A DNA stretch of 62,882 nt, counting the filler, from Octopus bimaculoides (lineage: Eukaryota), in NCBI RefSeq assembly GCF_001194135.2. It is 5 parts of 5 records of this genome, joined end to end, with 100 filler letters (N's around TTAATTAATTAA, not from the genome) between each part and the next. Parts side by side here need not be neighbours in the genome. Positions count along the whole stretch, not along the records: positions 1 to 22,768 come from NC_068990.1; 4 more parts are not named here. One strand, 5' to 3'. Positions 1 to 12,949 of this stretch are shown piece by piece. Each line of letters starts with the position of its first letter. Position 1 is the first letter of the stretch. Made by a program: the position numbers and the translations under genes. A model generated the notes under the pieces. The model did no database searches. It saw nothing but the letters and a program-made list of their open reading frames with translations, and had not been told where the DNA came from.

Positions 1-219
1 ACAATAAATTTTTTATATTTTTTCTCTCGGTTGACGCCTCTTCGCCAGACGAAGATACACTATTCGGCATCTTACCAGAAACTACTGTTTCCCCCATAGG
101 GGAAACACACGATAGTTTTCGAACGAAGACTATCACACAAAAACAGTCAATGGAAACTTGCACTTACTGTACAGACGCACTCAAATAATAAGTAATAGTC
201 CAAATTCACGGAGTGGTTA

Positions 220-410
220 TACCGCTAAGCATTTCAACCGGTGTCACACAGACGAAATACCGCTAAGCATTTCGCCCGGCGTGCTAACGTTTCTGCCAGC
301 TCGCCGCCTTTCAGTTTCTATCTATCAAATCCACAACCTAGACTTCTATCGGCCTGGAGCTATCGTAGACGATACTTTCCCTAAGTTCCACCCAGTGGAA
401 CTGAACCCAG
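220..410 (-). mobile_element. SINE fragments (ggcgagctggcagaa-type head plus a second head type)
   Basis: Reverse complement of the aggcggcgagctggcagaaacgttagcacgccgggcgaaatgcttagc head also seen at 5009, 25668 and 57090. Confidence 0.75.
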
Positions 411-1209
411 CACCGTGTGTATGTACATATGTTTGTATACCTAGTGGCAAATTGCTAAATTCATCTATTTATGAGTTCAATTCCTGCTGCCACTTTAGCC
501 ACAAAATTTCATACTTTTACAGTCGTTCAAAGTAATAATGAATCTCTCAAGTAATATGTGGTGAATTTTTTCTCTTATATTAGATATCCAGACATCAATA
601 TCACTATAATAGATATTATTGTAAGACTTTAGTTAAGTAGAGGACAGTTTCTCATTGGAATTTTGTACAAACAAGAAACTCCTTAGACACATCATGTGAA
701 CTCCTCTGCTGTATTCATACTGTTATTGATAACCATTGTTTTGTTGTTGTTGTATCAACCTAAGAAAGTATTTATCAGGCAGCAGACATATGATCAATAT
801 CTCGTGTGTGCGACTGTTTAGTTTATATTTTCATTCCTATTTGATCTGAGACTCTATTATCAAAATTGTGCTTCTGCACTTTTGTTCTTTTTTTTAGAAA
901 AATAACGCTAGGTTAGCTATTGTTTAAATCTATCATGGCTGCTATTTCTAGCGAACATTCTTTGTGATCGATTCAGATTTTTAGTTGTTACAAAATGCAT
1001 ACATACATAATGCATACATATATACGTACATACGTATGTATGTATGTATGTATGTATGTATGTATGTATGTATCGTCTAGACAATTTCGATTAAAATTTA
1101 CTCCCAACACCACAATTAGCTCGCCTTCCAAAATTATCGTCACTACACCTGCTACCACGATGTGCAGGAATTTGAAGATGATCTCGTTATCTTTTAATTG
1201 TTCATACTT

Positions 1210-1406
1210 TATCTTTTTCAGTCATTCGAGTGCGGCCATACTGGAGCACCGGCTTGAAGGATTTCAGTCGGGAAAAAATCGACCGGAGTACTTACTTTGA
1301 TAGTTTAGTATTTAGTCCTTCAATTTCTTCTACTGAAATACTAAATTACGCGGATGTAAATAAATCAACACAGGTTGTCAGGCAGTGTGGTTGGACAAAC
1401 ACACAG

Positions 1407-1442
<36 letters not shown>

Positions 1443-1540
1443 CGGCTTGGAGCTTTGAAATAAACATGCTCAAGGTGCCATATAGTAGAATAGAACCTGC
1501 AACCATGTGGTTTCGAAGCAGGCTCTTAACCACACAGCCC
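1210..1540 (-). mobile_element. SINE (gtggtaagaagc head, internal CA microsatellite, shared 3' tail)
   Basis: Same architecture as 3735-4150, 9695-10025, 18962-19500 and 51195-51585. Confidence 0.75.
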
Positions 1541-1734
1541 CCACCCCACAACACAACTCATAGATCTGCGCGTGGCTAAGTGTTATTTCTACTGTTTAAC
1601 ACTAGGCAAGCCTGATCAAGCTCCCCTATAATGCATGACGACGCTACAGCCATGACTATTCCGCCTTCTTCCCCGTCGTCAAGCATCATCTAAATGATTA
1701 TTTAGACAACATTATTTAATATGTAATTTTTATT

Positions 1735-2046
1735 TATTTATGCAACCTTTTAAAGCCTAGCCAGGCTCCTGGGCCCGGTTTCTCGGTTTCTATGGCGTAT
1801 GTGTCCCCCTCCCCCAGCTGGACGGGACACCAGTCCATCGCAGCGTTACTCAAGAAACAGGAAGAAAGAGTGAGAGAAAGTTGGGGCAAAAGAGTACAAC
1901 AGGGGTCACCACCACCCCCTGCCGGAGCCTCGTGAAGCTTTAAGTGTTTTCGCTCAATAAACACACACAACGCCCTGACTGGGAATCGAAACCGCGATTC
2001 TCAGACCTCGAGTCCGCTGCCCTAATCACTGGACCATTGCGCCTCT
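1735..2046 (-). mobile_element. tRNA-headed SINE
   Basis: Minus-strand A box TGGTCCAGTG and B box GGTTTCGATTCC. The head-side module is shared with 49865-50026. Confidence 0.8.
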
Positions 2047-3220
2047 ACATTTCATATGTAATACCTCCTTATTATTAAAGATAATATGATGTGATGTGAG
2101 AGGTATTTAGCTGGTGTTTTTAGCTGATTAGACGATTACTTAGTGGGCTGCTTCTATGAAGTCCACGTGGTCGATAAGGTTATAATGTACAGTCTGTGAC
2201 AACAGTTGAATGTTTAGAAGTAAAACAAGTGGTAGTAGTAGTAGTAGTGGTGGTGGTGATGGTGGTGATGGTGGTAGTGGTGGTGGGATGAGAGATGACG
2301 GAGGTAGGGGGCAGGAAGTAATATTGGATCGAAGTGATTGATAGGTAGAAGAATGGGCTGTCTAGACGATAGTAGTTCAATGTAATTGAAAGCAAATTAA
2401 GACTGATGATGTGAAGATTGATTGATCAACTGTAGGAAAACACATTAAGACATTATTATTATTATATAACACAGGCGTACAGTCAAACAGACAGACAGAC
2501 AGCAATTAAATCTTGTGGATTGATATTATATACACACATGTATACACACAAATATATACACATACGTACACACATAGGTACATGCATACATACATACATA
2601 CAAACATAAATTTGTATATATGTGTGTGTATATATAATTATATATTTTCATTTGTGTATGTCGCTACATATACATAAATATACGTTGTTTATTTTCAAAA
2701 TCAATGCCTGAGTAACTTCGAGGTTACTGACAGGCTTTTTATTGTACAAATACAAATAGAGAAACCTATTTATCTATCTCACTAATAGGTTTATCTGATT
2801 CATCATTCCACAAAAGAATTATTTGAATTTCTCTCGAAGTTTCTAAACTCTTATCATTAAAGGTTTGTTTTGTCCAATTGTAGACTGCCTTCAATGTCTG
2901 CAGGAGATGCTGTTTCGAGTTCCTTGGTTAGCTTCGCCTTTTTCTATACAATGTTTTTCAGCCCAACAAATGCGACTCTTATCCTTTGATAATGTTAAAA
3001 AGTAGCTATTTTTTTCCTCAATTCCATTTTTTTATAGTTTACACAAGCACGGAGTATTTCATTTTGAAACTTAAATCTTAAATGTTTTCCTGCGAAAGAA
3101 AGCGGTAAGCTGACAGAATGGTTAAGCATACCTGGCAAAATTCTTTGCAGCACCGAAATTGATGTCAGAAATTGATGCCAAATTGATACCAGAATTTGAA
3201 ACCAATATTTTTCTGTGAAG

Positions 3221-3560
3221 GATCGTGGTCTAGTGGTTATTGTGTTGCACTCACGACCACTTGATCATCGGTTCGAGTCACGGACTAGGCAGCGTTTTGT
3301 GTTCTTGAGCAAAACACTTCATTTCATGTTGTTCTAGGCCGTGGGGCGACCGGTGTGCCAAAGAATAGACCGAATGTTTCCCCAGCATGTCATAAAAAGG
3401 CGACTAAAAGCGGTTGATGTAAGATTTGCAATCCGACCTCGTGAAAGCCTCATCAGCGACGACTTTCCAAAACAGATCCATAAAGCTGGAGGGTTGTCGC
3501 CTGAGTGGTGCAAAGGCACCGTCCACAAGGAACAGTAGGTGATCATCAACAAATATCGAG
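3221..3560 (+). mobile_element. tRNA-headed SINE 5' part followed by an RTE-like remnant
   Basis: A box TGGTCTAGTGG, B box GGTTCGAGTC, cttgagcaaaacactt core, then a gtcataaaaaggcgactaa RTE-type motif. Confidence 0.6.
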
Positions 3561-3734
3561 TGCAATGACAAGCTGTTAAAGCGCATGCTCCCCATATACT
3601 TCCTTTTAGCGTAGTATCATTGTCTTTTACAAAAGTCGAGAACTGACTCCTGTGTTGTTAGTCAACCACCTAGAAAGAGACACCGAACTTCACTCAGATT
3701 GCACCACTACGTCTTAGAGATAAGAATATCTTTT

Positions 3735-4150
3735 ATGTTTTACTCATTTCAGGCATAAGACTGCAGCTATGCTGGGTCACTATCTTGAAGAAATTTTAGG
3801 CAAAGAAATCGATCCCAGTACGTAATTCTATAAAGACTAGTACTTATCCGATCGGTCTGTTTTGCCGAACCGCCAAGTTACGGGGATGTAAACACATCAA
3901 CACCAGTTGCCAGACGAAGAGGGAGACAGTCACACAGTCACACATACACACACACACACACAAACATACACATACACGCACACACGCACGTATATAGGAC
4001 GTGCTTCTTCCAGTTTCCGTCTACTTAATCTACTGACGAGTCTTTGGGCGGTCCGAGGCTATAGTAAGAAGACACTTGCCTAAGGTGCCACGCAGTGGGA
4101 CTGAACAATGCAGCTGGAAATCAAACTTCTCACCACACAGCCATACCTGG
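3735..4150 (-). mobile_element. Full-length SINE with internal CA microsatellite
   Basis: Head 4000-4150 and tail 3735-3920 match other copies in the window. Confidence 0.8.
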
Positions 4151-4664
4151 TAGACAGAATATCTGATAGATATTCGATCGACCAAATTCCAGAAACAACC
4201 ATTGAGTAATCCGACACTACAATAGAACATATACGTCAAACTGTCACGCACTTGAAACGAACCTAAAAACAACGAGATTTTAAGACAGAAGTTCATAACC
4301 ACGAGTCTAAATTTAATTAATTGTAACGTAAACGGTCTGTTTTCTAATATAAATTATAAATTAAACGATTGAAATGCAAATGGTTTCACAAACATGTAAT
4401 TAGTTTATGTAACTGTTTTATATTTTCAAAACTTGTGATTCTCTCCAAATAAAACAAATCCTAAGAGAAATCGTTGGTCAAATTCAACAACCAATACAAC
4501 CAGCACTTCAATGTCTTCTTTTCTAGAAGTTTCTCCTTTGATAATTTCTTTTAATGATTAATTAATTAATTAATTATTACTCGTAAAGTTATGATTGAAC
4601 GTAGAACATAACTAATACAGAAAAGGTAATATACACACACACACACATACACACACATATGTAT

Positions 4665-4704
<40 letters not shown>

Positions 4705-5008
4705 NNNNNNNNNNNNNNNNNNNNNNNNNNNNNNNNNNNNNNNNNNNNNNNNNNNNNNNNNNNNNNNNNNNNNNNNNNNNNNNNNNNNNNNNNNNNNNNN
4801 NNNNNNNNNNNNNNNNNNNNNNNNNNNNNNNNNNNNNNNNNNNNNNNNNNNNNNNNNNNNNNNNNNNNNNNNNNNNNNATATATATATATGCATACATAT
4901 TTCTCTGTATATGTGTGTTTGTGTGCGTGCGTGTGTGCATTTGGTCAAAATGAATAAGAATGACTTTTCTGATAATTTTTCCTCTTTAATAACCGAATAT
5001 TTACAACG

Positions 5009-5390
5009 CTACGAGCTGGCAGAAACGTTAGCACGCCGGGTGAAATGCTTAGCGTTATTTTGTCTGCCGCTACGTTCTGAGTTCAAATTCCTCAGAGGTC
5101 GACTTAGCCTTTCATCCTTTCGAGGTCGATTAAATCGAATACGCACGGGGGTCGATGTAATCGACTTAATCCATTTATTTGTCTGTCCTTCTTTTCCCCC
5201 TCTATGTTTAGCCCCTTGTGGATAGTAAAGAAATAAGAAACGTTAGCACGCCGGATGAAATGTTTTGGCGGTATTCGCCCGTCATAACATTCTCAGTGCA
5301 TTTTTCCTCGAGGTCGAATTTGATGTAATCAACTTATCCTCTTCCACCAAAATTGCTGGCGTAGTGCCAATAATTGGATGCTTATAAATC
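5009..5390 (+). mobile_element. Two tandem SINE copies (gagctggcagaa family)
   Basis: gaaacgttagcacgccgg occurs at about 5022 and 5238. B-box-like gttcaaattcc. Confidence 0.8.
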
Positions 5391-6071
5391 ACACACACAT
5401 ATATATATACGTGCATGCACGCATACAAAGCTATAATGAAAATCTAAGCAGTGTTTACGGAAACAAAGTTTGTAGGTTCGCACCTACAACGTATGCTTTG
5501 ATATCTGATTTTTGAGTCTGCCATCATCATCATCATCGTCATCATCATAAATGTACATGGGCATCGCCTCCCATCTATATTGCTGTCTCTCTCTAGTTAC
5601 AAGCGTACTCAAGTCTAACCTAAGTAGCAGTGTTCGAAAAAATGACCGACGAGGAAATTGAAGTCCCAAGAAATCTTATGGAGCTTCATTGCAAAAGTTT
5701 TGAAACGGATGTAAAGCCTCAATAATGAACTATGTAATAATCTTGTTATTGGCTTTTATATCGACAGAGATCTGCAATAGCGCAAAGGATTCAATAACCG
5801 AGTGATTAGATATAAATATATATGAGAAATAGGAACATAGTGCGTGTGCCACTCGGAGTAACCCTTAAATTTCTCACCCCCAACCGAGGGCTTGTAGCAA
5901 GGAAAAAATTATACAGCTGACCCAAAAGTGACGTCCGCATAAAAGTGTCGCCCAATGCGGACCACTGCCTTGCCCCTTTGTCTTGCCTGCGCCTCCTCTT
6001 CGCCTGGACGTAAGAAATGAAAAGATGGGTGAGCCTTTTAATATAATGAGTCACCGATAAACGCTCTACGA

Positions 6072-6358
6072 CAGTCATGGGGAACCTGTGCCTCGCAGGA
6101 CTTTCTGAATGGAACGTCTAATGAAAGAATTACCTTAATGTTAATGGTGAGCTCCGCCTGATGACGAGCCATGCCTCATGCGGCCCACCTAATGTAGAGC
6201 TATGTTTCATGTGGCCTGCCGGTTGACGAGTCATGTCTCATGCGGCCCGCCTGATGGTATGCGCTCTGCCTAATGACGAGTCATGTTTCATACGGCATGC
6301 ATGGTAATGAGTCATCTTGCATACGGACCGCTTCTCAGAAAAAGGTTGTACATGCTTG
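6072..6358. mobile_element. hAT-type MITE containing a ~32 bp tandem array
   Basis: Ends CAGTCATGGGGAACCT and AGGTTGTACATGCTTG. 8 bp TSD CTCTACGA/CTCTACGT (7/8). Internal repeats of ctgatgacgagtcatg...catgcggcc. Confidence 0.75.
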
Positions 6359-7011
6359 CTCTACGTAGTAGCTCCATTTGCAAGAAACAGCAGTCAAATC
6401 TTCCTCATACCAAGCACTATTGTGTTTTAAACTACAATAAACATCGATAACATTGTTCTCGATCAACTAAATGCAACATCCTTGATCAGAGATGTGCATT
6501 GTCATGATTTATCTGGAGCTAAACAGAAACAACAGCAACAATTATGACAACATTCTTGCTTGGAATTTTTCACTACTACAAAGGCAGCAGAGTCACATAA
6601 AAAAATAATAATCGGATAAACAACTGCTAATTAATAAGGGATAATTAAATAATTAAGGAGATCAAAGTATGCAACATTAAAAAAAAAAGAGGTGTTGATA
6701 TAAAAATACAACAGAGACAACATGCGAAAGAAGCGAACTCCACACAAAAGTTTATTACAGGAAGAAAATATATCGCGGTTATAAATCTGGGAAACACATT
6801 ATCATAAAACTGATTTTGCAAAAACATAGAATGCATTGTAACCAATCAAAAACAAGCACTAATAGTAACTACAAAGAAACGTAAATTTATTTTTTTACTT
6901 CCATATCAACAAGAATTTTTTTGCAAAGTGACAAAAATAAAATCATTAGAGTAAGTTTATAATGCTGTTATTTAAAATTCAAAAGTAGATATTAAAAAAA
7001 AATAAACAAAA

Positions 7012-7335
7012 CTGGCAATCCGTCGGTTACGACGATGAGGGTTCCAGTCAATCTGATCAATAGAACAGCCTGCTCATGAAATTAACGTGTAAGTGGCTGA
7101 GCACTCCACAGACATGCGTTCCCTTAACGTGTTTCTCAAGAAGATTCAGTTTGACACAGAATGTGAAAGTGCTGGAAATTTGAGATACCTCTAACGCTTA
7201 TTTTTGCTCGCTGAATGAATTGGAGAAACGTGAAATAAAGTGTCTCACTCAAGATTACAGTGCACCACCGGCAATCGAACTCACAACTTGACTATAGCGA
7301 GTCGAATAGCCTAACCATTAAGCCATGCACTTTCA
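7012..7335 (-). mobile_element. tRNA-headed SINE
   Basis: Minus-strand head tggcttaatggttagg...gagttcgattgcc. The tail module is shared with 49676-49860. Confidence 0.8.
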
Positions 7336-7457
7336 CTCGAAAGTAACTCCATATTTTAACTGTTAGTTGGGTTTATATAGGAGTTTTGTCTATAATATTC
7401 ATAACACATTTTATTTACACACACACACAAACACACACACACACACACATCAACAGA

Positions 7458-7755
7458 GAGAGATGCTGGTGTGTAAGCACTAAGCTTACAAAGAATAAGG
7501 CCTGGGGTCGATGTAATCGACTTAATCCCTTTGTCTGTCCTTGTTTGTCCCCTCTGAGCTAACTCCCCCCCTGTGGNNNNNNNNNNCCCCAATATCGCTT
7601 GACAACCGATGCTGGTGTGTTTACGTCCCCATCACTTAGCGGTTCGGCAAGACAGACCGATAGAATAAGTCCTGAGGTCAGTTTACTCGACTAAAGGTGG
7701 TACTCCAGCATGGCCGCAGTCAAATGGCTGAAACGAATAAAAGAATAAAAGAATA
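7458..7755 (+). mobile_element. SINE 3' portion(s) across a 10-N gap, ending in (AAAGAAT)n
   Basis: cgcttgacaaccgatgctggtgtgtttacgtcccc...ctccagcatggccgcagtcaaatg tail. Confidence 0.75.
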
Positions 7756-8064
7756 AAGAATACAGAGAAGTGAAAAGAAATCTAAAATCAAATATTATAT
7801 ATTCACTGCTGTAAAAAAAAACCGTACGATGATATATACATATGTGTGTGTGTGTATGTTGGGTGTACTGTATATGGTGAGATATATATGATGAAATGAA
7901 TGCCATAAGTATGATATACATATGTCACGATGAGCCATAAATGGGTGTCATATATATATAAATGATATGTATTCCAAATAATATCTATAATGCAAAAACA
8001 TAAATATATATCTCCATATATGTGTGTGATTTTTTTTCAAATATAACGATTGCTTACATTCATG

Positions 8065-8103
<39 letters not shown>

Positions 8104-8715
8104 NNNNNNNNNNNNNNNNNNNNNNNNNNNNNNNNNNNNNNNNNNNNNNNNNNNNNNNNNNNNNNNNNNNNNNNNNNNNNNNNNNNNNNNNNNNNNNNNN
8201 NNNNNNNNNNNNNNNNNNNNNNNNNNNNNNNNNNNNNNNNNNNNNNNNNNNNNNNNNNNNNNNNNNNNNNNNNNNNNNNNNNNNNNNNNNNNNNNNNNNN
8301 NNNNNNNNNNNNNNNNNNNNNNNNNNNNNNNNNNNNNNNNNNNNNNNNNNNNNNNNNNNNNNNNNNNNNNNNNNNNNNNNNNNNNNNNNNNNNNNNNNNN
8401 NNNNNNNNNNNNNNNNNNNNNNNNNNNNNNNNNNNNNNNNNNNNNNNNNNNNNNNNNNNNNNNNNNNNNNNNNNNNNNNNNNNNNNNNNNNNNNNNNNNN
8501 NNNNNNNNNNNNNNNNNNNNNNNNNNNNNNNNNNNNNNNNNNNNNNNNNNNNNNNNNNNNNNNNNNNNNNNNNNNNNNNNNNNNNNNNNNNNNNNNNNNN
8601 NNNNNNNNNNNNNNNNNNNNNNNNNNNNNNNNNNNNNNNNNNNNNNNNNNNNNNNNNNNNNNNNNNNNNNNNNNNNNNNNNNNNNNNNNNNNNNNNNNNN
8701 NNNNNNNNNNNNNNN

Positions 8716-8759
<44 letters not shown>

Positions 8760-9566
8760 TATATGAACACGTTATGGTGACATTAAGGAGTACAGTTTTC
8801 AAGAGATTGATAAAATATTTGTTACAGTACGATATAAAGATAACGGGTTTGAAAAGCATTTGACATCTAAATTAATAGATAAATAAATAAATTTATAAAT
8901 AAATATATAAATAGTACAAAAGACGCCATATTGTCAGGCGATAAAGCAAGCAATAATACAATCCCGTCACCTATCACAACTGTGGATAATCATTACATTG
9001 AAATCATCGATTATCGGAATAGTATCAAACTATAAATCAATGAATGGTGTTCTGAAATAAATTACTTGAACTATCGATAAAAGATGCAAGAACATTCTTT
9101 AGATCACTCGATTGTTTACGTAGATGAGACTGTGAATAATGGAGACACTTTGTAAAGCACTTTAAGAGTGAGTATTATTGAGGCTTGCTGTTTAGTTGTG
9201 CCTCAGATCTGATCGAGTAAACCTTTGATCAAATACGTCCCAGCTGTAAAGTGTTAATTTAGTGATGTTTAGCTCCTATTTCAAGTCGGTCAATCGCTTT
9301 ACTAGTATTTCATTTGAAAACTGTAACATCTTATATAGATGACGTGTACTAGAGGACTAAACGAACAGTCCCTTGTCAACAGACTATATTATAGGATGGT
9401 GGATTACTATACTATGACTGCGGTTGCACTAACAGAAAAATTATACATATTTTTTCAATGTTATTGAATTAGATCCCTCCTTTCTCGAGCGTCTAGTAAC
9501 ATAATCTGTATCACGTCCTCACGTTGTTTTTTTGTTGTTGTTTTCTTGTATTTTTCCTTTTTTGAA

Positions 9567-9613
<47 letters not shown>

Positions 9614-9694
9614 CTCCGGTTTACCGTCAGATCATTAGTGTTCGAGGCATTTTCTATGATGTGATTTCATTGTAACAAACATAGTTATCGTTTA

Positions 9695-10025
9695 CCTTTT
9701 ACTTGTTTCAATCATTAGACTGCGACCATCTTGGGGTACCGCCTTGAAGAATTTTAGTCGAAAGAATTTTAATTTTTTAAAGCCTAGTTATTGTATCGGT
9801 TCTTTTTTTTGCCGAACTATTAAGTTACGGGTATGTAAACAAAGGAGTATGTGTGTGGGTGTGTAAGTGTTCATGCACGTGCTAGAAGGTTTTTTTTCAC
9901 TTTCCGTCTACCAAATCTACTCAAAAGGATTTCGTCGGCCCGTGGCTATCGTAGACGACACTTGCTCAAGGCAAGACTGAATCCGGAACCATGTGGTTGG
10001 GAAGCAAATTTCTTACTACTCAGCC
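9695..10025 (-). mobile_element. SINE
   Basis: Head and tail match 3735-4150. Confidence 0.75.
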
Positions 10026-12012
10026 ACTCACTGTGGATAAATTTTTGTTTTTGTTTCATTATATATTAGTTTGCCGTTAGAAACACCATAGAGAAATACT
10101 GAAACAATAATTTTAAAGAATATGTGAGATATTGGGCATGAGAAAAATTAAAGACGATACGATTAAGAATAGGCTGAGGAAGAAGATGAAGGAAACGATG
10201 AAAAGTAGAGCGAGGAAACGAATAAGAAAGAAAAAAGACAATAGCACATTGCTATCACTGTTACTTTACGCGCATGCGTAGTGATCAATCACTAAAAGAC
10301 CAAAACACCCCAATGGTTTTGAACAAATATCTTCAGATTTTTCCACAAAGGGACTCTCTTGCGAACGTCTTTTAGCTTGTTTCACAATGTACCCCTTGAC
10401 AACAAAAAGATTTACAATGTGAAACATCAGGAAACCACTGATTTGGTGTTACCAACACTGTCGATTATGTGAGTTAATGAACTCTCACCACCGCTGGAAT
10501 CTCGTGATTTATGGGTTTTGAATATGTTGTTGGTCAGTGAATAAACTGCATTTAACGCTAAACAGCACTTGGAAACAATCAACATCGATTGAAACAAATG
10601 AGACCAGGCTTTAACAGGATTCGTGCATCCACTAATCATGCTTGACAGACTTAGCAAGAACAAGCGGTAAGTTAAAAAAATAAAAACCTCTAACCAACTA
10701 CGATTTATTAACGGGTTATGTAAAATGTGAGGCAGCTGCCGACAAAAGATACTTGATAGCAAATAACATCACAAATAGAAAATGAATACATGTAGTTTTA
10801 AGAAAAACAACGTTTCCAAAGAAAAGTTATAATGGAGTTAATCGTATGATTACCAAAAATTCCATTGGTTCTCAGTATCATAACATATAATGTCATTTTG
10901 GCGAATATAATGAAGATCCCCACCTTGGGTATTTTGGTTGAAAGTATTTTAGTGAAGAATCTAGTCGTAATATTAACGAGCTATGATGGATTCGTTGCCC
11001 TGATCATCCGCTTCCATTTATATTTATATCCGCTGATGTGTAAAGCCATGTAACAAAATACTTGCGTAATGTCCTCGAAATAATGTTAGTTTAAATAAGA
11101 AGAAGTGTATGGAAGAACATTATAATATTGTGTGCAGATGCAAGCAATCAATACATCGTTGAAATTTGGTCAAACACTCTTGAAATTCTCGGTTAGAATC
11201 CGCTGGAGAGAAACACAAACTCAACAATGTTATGTATGTATACAGAGTGTATATACATATCAATATAAAGAGATTGGTATTTTATAAATAATATGCTAGC
11301 AGCTGGCTTTCGTTTTATAACATGCTATCTGAATTAATATCGTATTTCATGGATAATCTCTCTTTGTTGCCATATAGATAATTAAAACCAACATCATCAC
11401 TAAAACAGAAACGAAATATTATCTAGATTACCACTTCGAGAATGCTTACACAAACACACAAACACACAAACACACAAACACACAAACACACACACACACA
11501 CACGGCCTCATATGCATCTAGTTTACTTAATCTCACAATTCTCAACGCTTAGCTATACAACGATTCTAATCTCACTGTAATCGTTTAGAAACCTGGTTCC
11601 GAAAACTAGTAAATGTAATACTTACTAAATGCACCTGCTATCTTTTACAAGAACAAAATGCAAAAGAAAAAAATTATGAAAATAAATTCAACCGAACGTC
11701 GTATTCAACAATAAAACATGCCACACACACAAACAGACAGACACAGAAATGGACACACAGGCACACATAAGCACACACACATACACACACGCATGACGAA
11801 ATTACTTTGTATTTCTTCCATCTCTGCAGTAATCACAGCGTGAGTCGAATAGCAAGGAAAATGAGAAAACCAAAGCGTAACTAATAATAACTTGTGGAAG
11901 ATATGACTATAAAAACATACATTTCATACATACATAAGTATGTACGTACATACATACAAGCATACATACATACATACATACACACACATATATGTGTTTA
12001 TGTGTATATATG

Positions 12013-12064
<52 letters not shown>

Positions 12065-12075
12065 TAAATATAAAT

Positions 12076-12109
<34 letters not shown>

Positions 12110-12180
12110 GTATATGTATATATATATACATACACATATATATACATACATACGCACACACGCACTCACACATACACACG

Positions 12181-12687
12181 TATAAAGACAGGAGATGGAA
12201 TTCACGACCTTGTTTATTCAGAACGACTACGACCGTTTCGACTCATCATGCACTCATACCTTACAGGTGACAATCTGTACAACCAGTTACCATACACCCT
12301 ACGTGCAGATGCGTCTCCTCAGCTGACGTCTCTAAACATACATCGGATTGTACTTGCCGATTCTCTTATTTCTATAACAATACATTTTGGTTAGTTTAGC
12401 ATACTTGCCTTCTGCATAATTCACTGAGATAGCAAGAACTGAAATATGATATATATTATATCTCAGTGAATTATGCAGATGGAGTGTATGCTACATTAAC
12501 CAAAATGTATTGTGTTGGAAATAAACGAAACGGCAAGGAAAGACCTGAGGAGACGCATCTGTATCTAGGATGCATGATAATTATTTGTACAGTATCTCAC
12601 ATGTAAAGTATGGGTGTATGATGAGTCGAAACGGTCGTAGTGGTTCTGAATTAAGAGTCTCGCGAATGCCATTCCTTGTCTCTCATA
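12181..12687. ncRNA. Imperfect fold-back element with a type I hammerhead-ribozyme core on each strand (Penelope pLTR-like)
   Basis: Arms of about 250 and 230 bp are reverse-complementary around a 27 nt spacer. Plus core: CTGAGGA 12545-12551, GAC/GTC stem II, GAAA 12628-12631, GTA triplet ending 12639. Minus core: CTGAGGA 12322-12316, GAAA 12239-12236, GTA ending 12228. Confidence 0.7.
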
Positions 12688-12890
12688 TTTTTAATATAAA
12701 CTGTACGGACACAACGGGAATTCTGAAGTACATTCAGTGGCGTACAGCTCTATACTGTTGTTGAAATCGGGACATCAGGTCGCCGAATAATATGGATGGT
12801 CTTTAAACAGTATACTACAAGGTGTAAACACGAATATAAAATTATCAGTATACATACATACATACGTACATACATACATACATACATACA

Positions 12891-12949
<59 letters not shown>

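Noticed and set aside
1960-2046. tRNA-like sequences (also 3225-3290, 7260-7335)
   Set aside because: A/B boxes are present but they continue into SINE bodies and I could not fold a full cloverleaf; these are SINE heads, not tRNA genes.
4555-4575. (AATT)n run resembling the scaffold linker
   Set aside because: Not flanked by Ns; an ordinary short tandem repeat.
6150-6330. ~32 bp repeats as a CRISPR array or hammerhead array
   Set aside because: Tandem units without unique spacers, inside a hAT MITE in eukaryotic DNA; CTGATGA is not followed by a GAAA/stem III.
8022-8859. 200+ aa YIYI/X ORFs (also 4566-5225, 23801-24412, 57058-57729, 58614-59336, 61115-61588)
   Set aside because: (TA)n plus N gaps.
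10376-10762. 111 aa minus-strand ORF and a 291 nt AG...GTAAGT exon-like block on plus
   Set aside because: All plus frames have stops. One frame (SPPLESRDLWVLNML) looks like a decayed LINE RT C-terminus, making the minus ORF an antisense shadow. Too weak to list as a feature.
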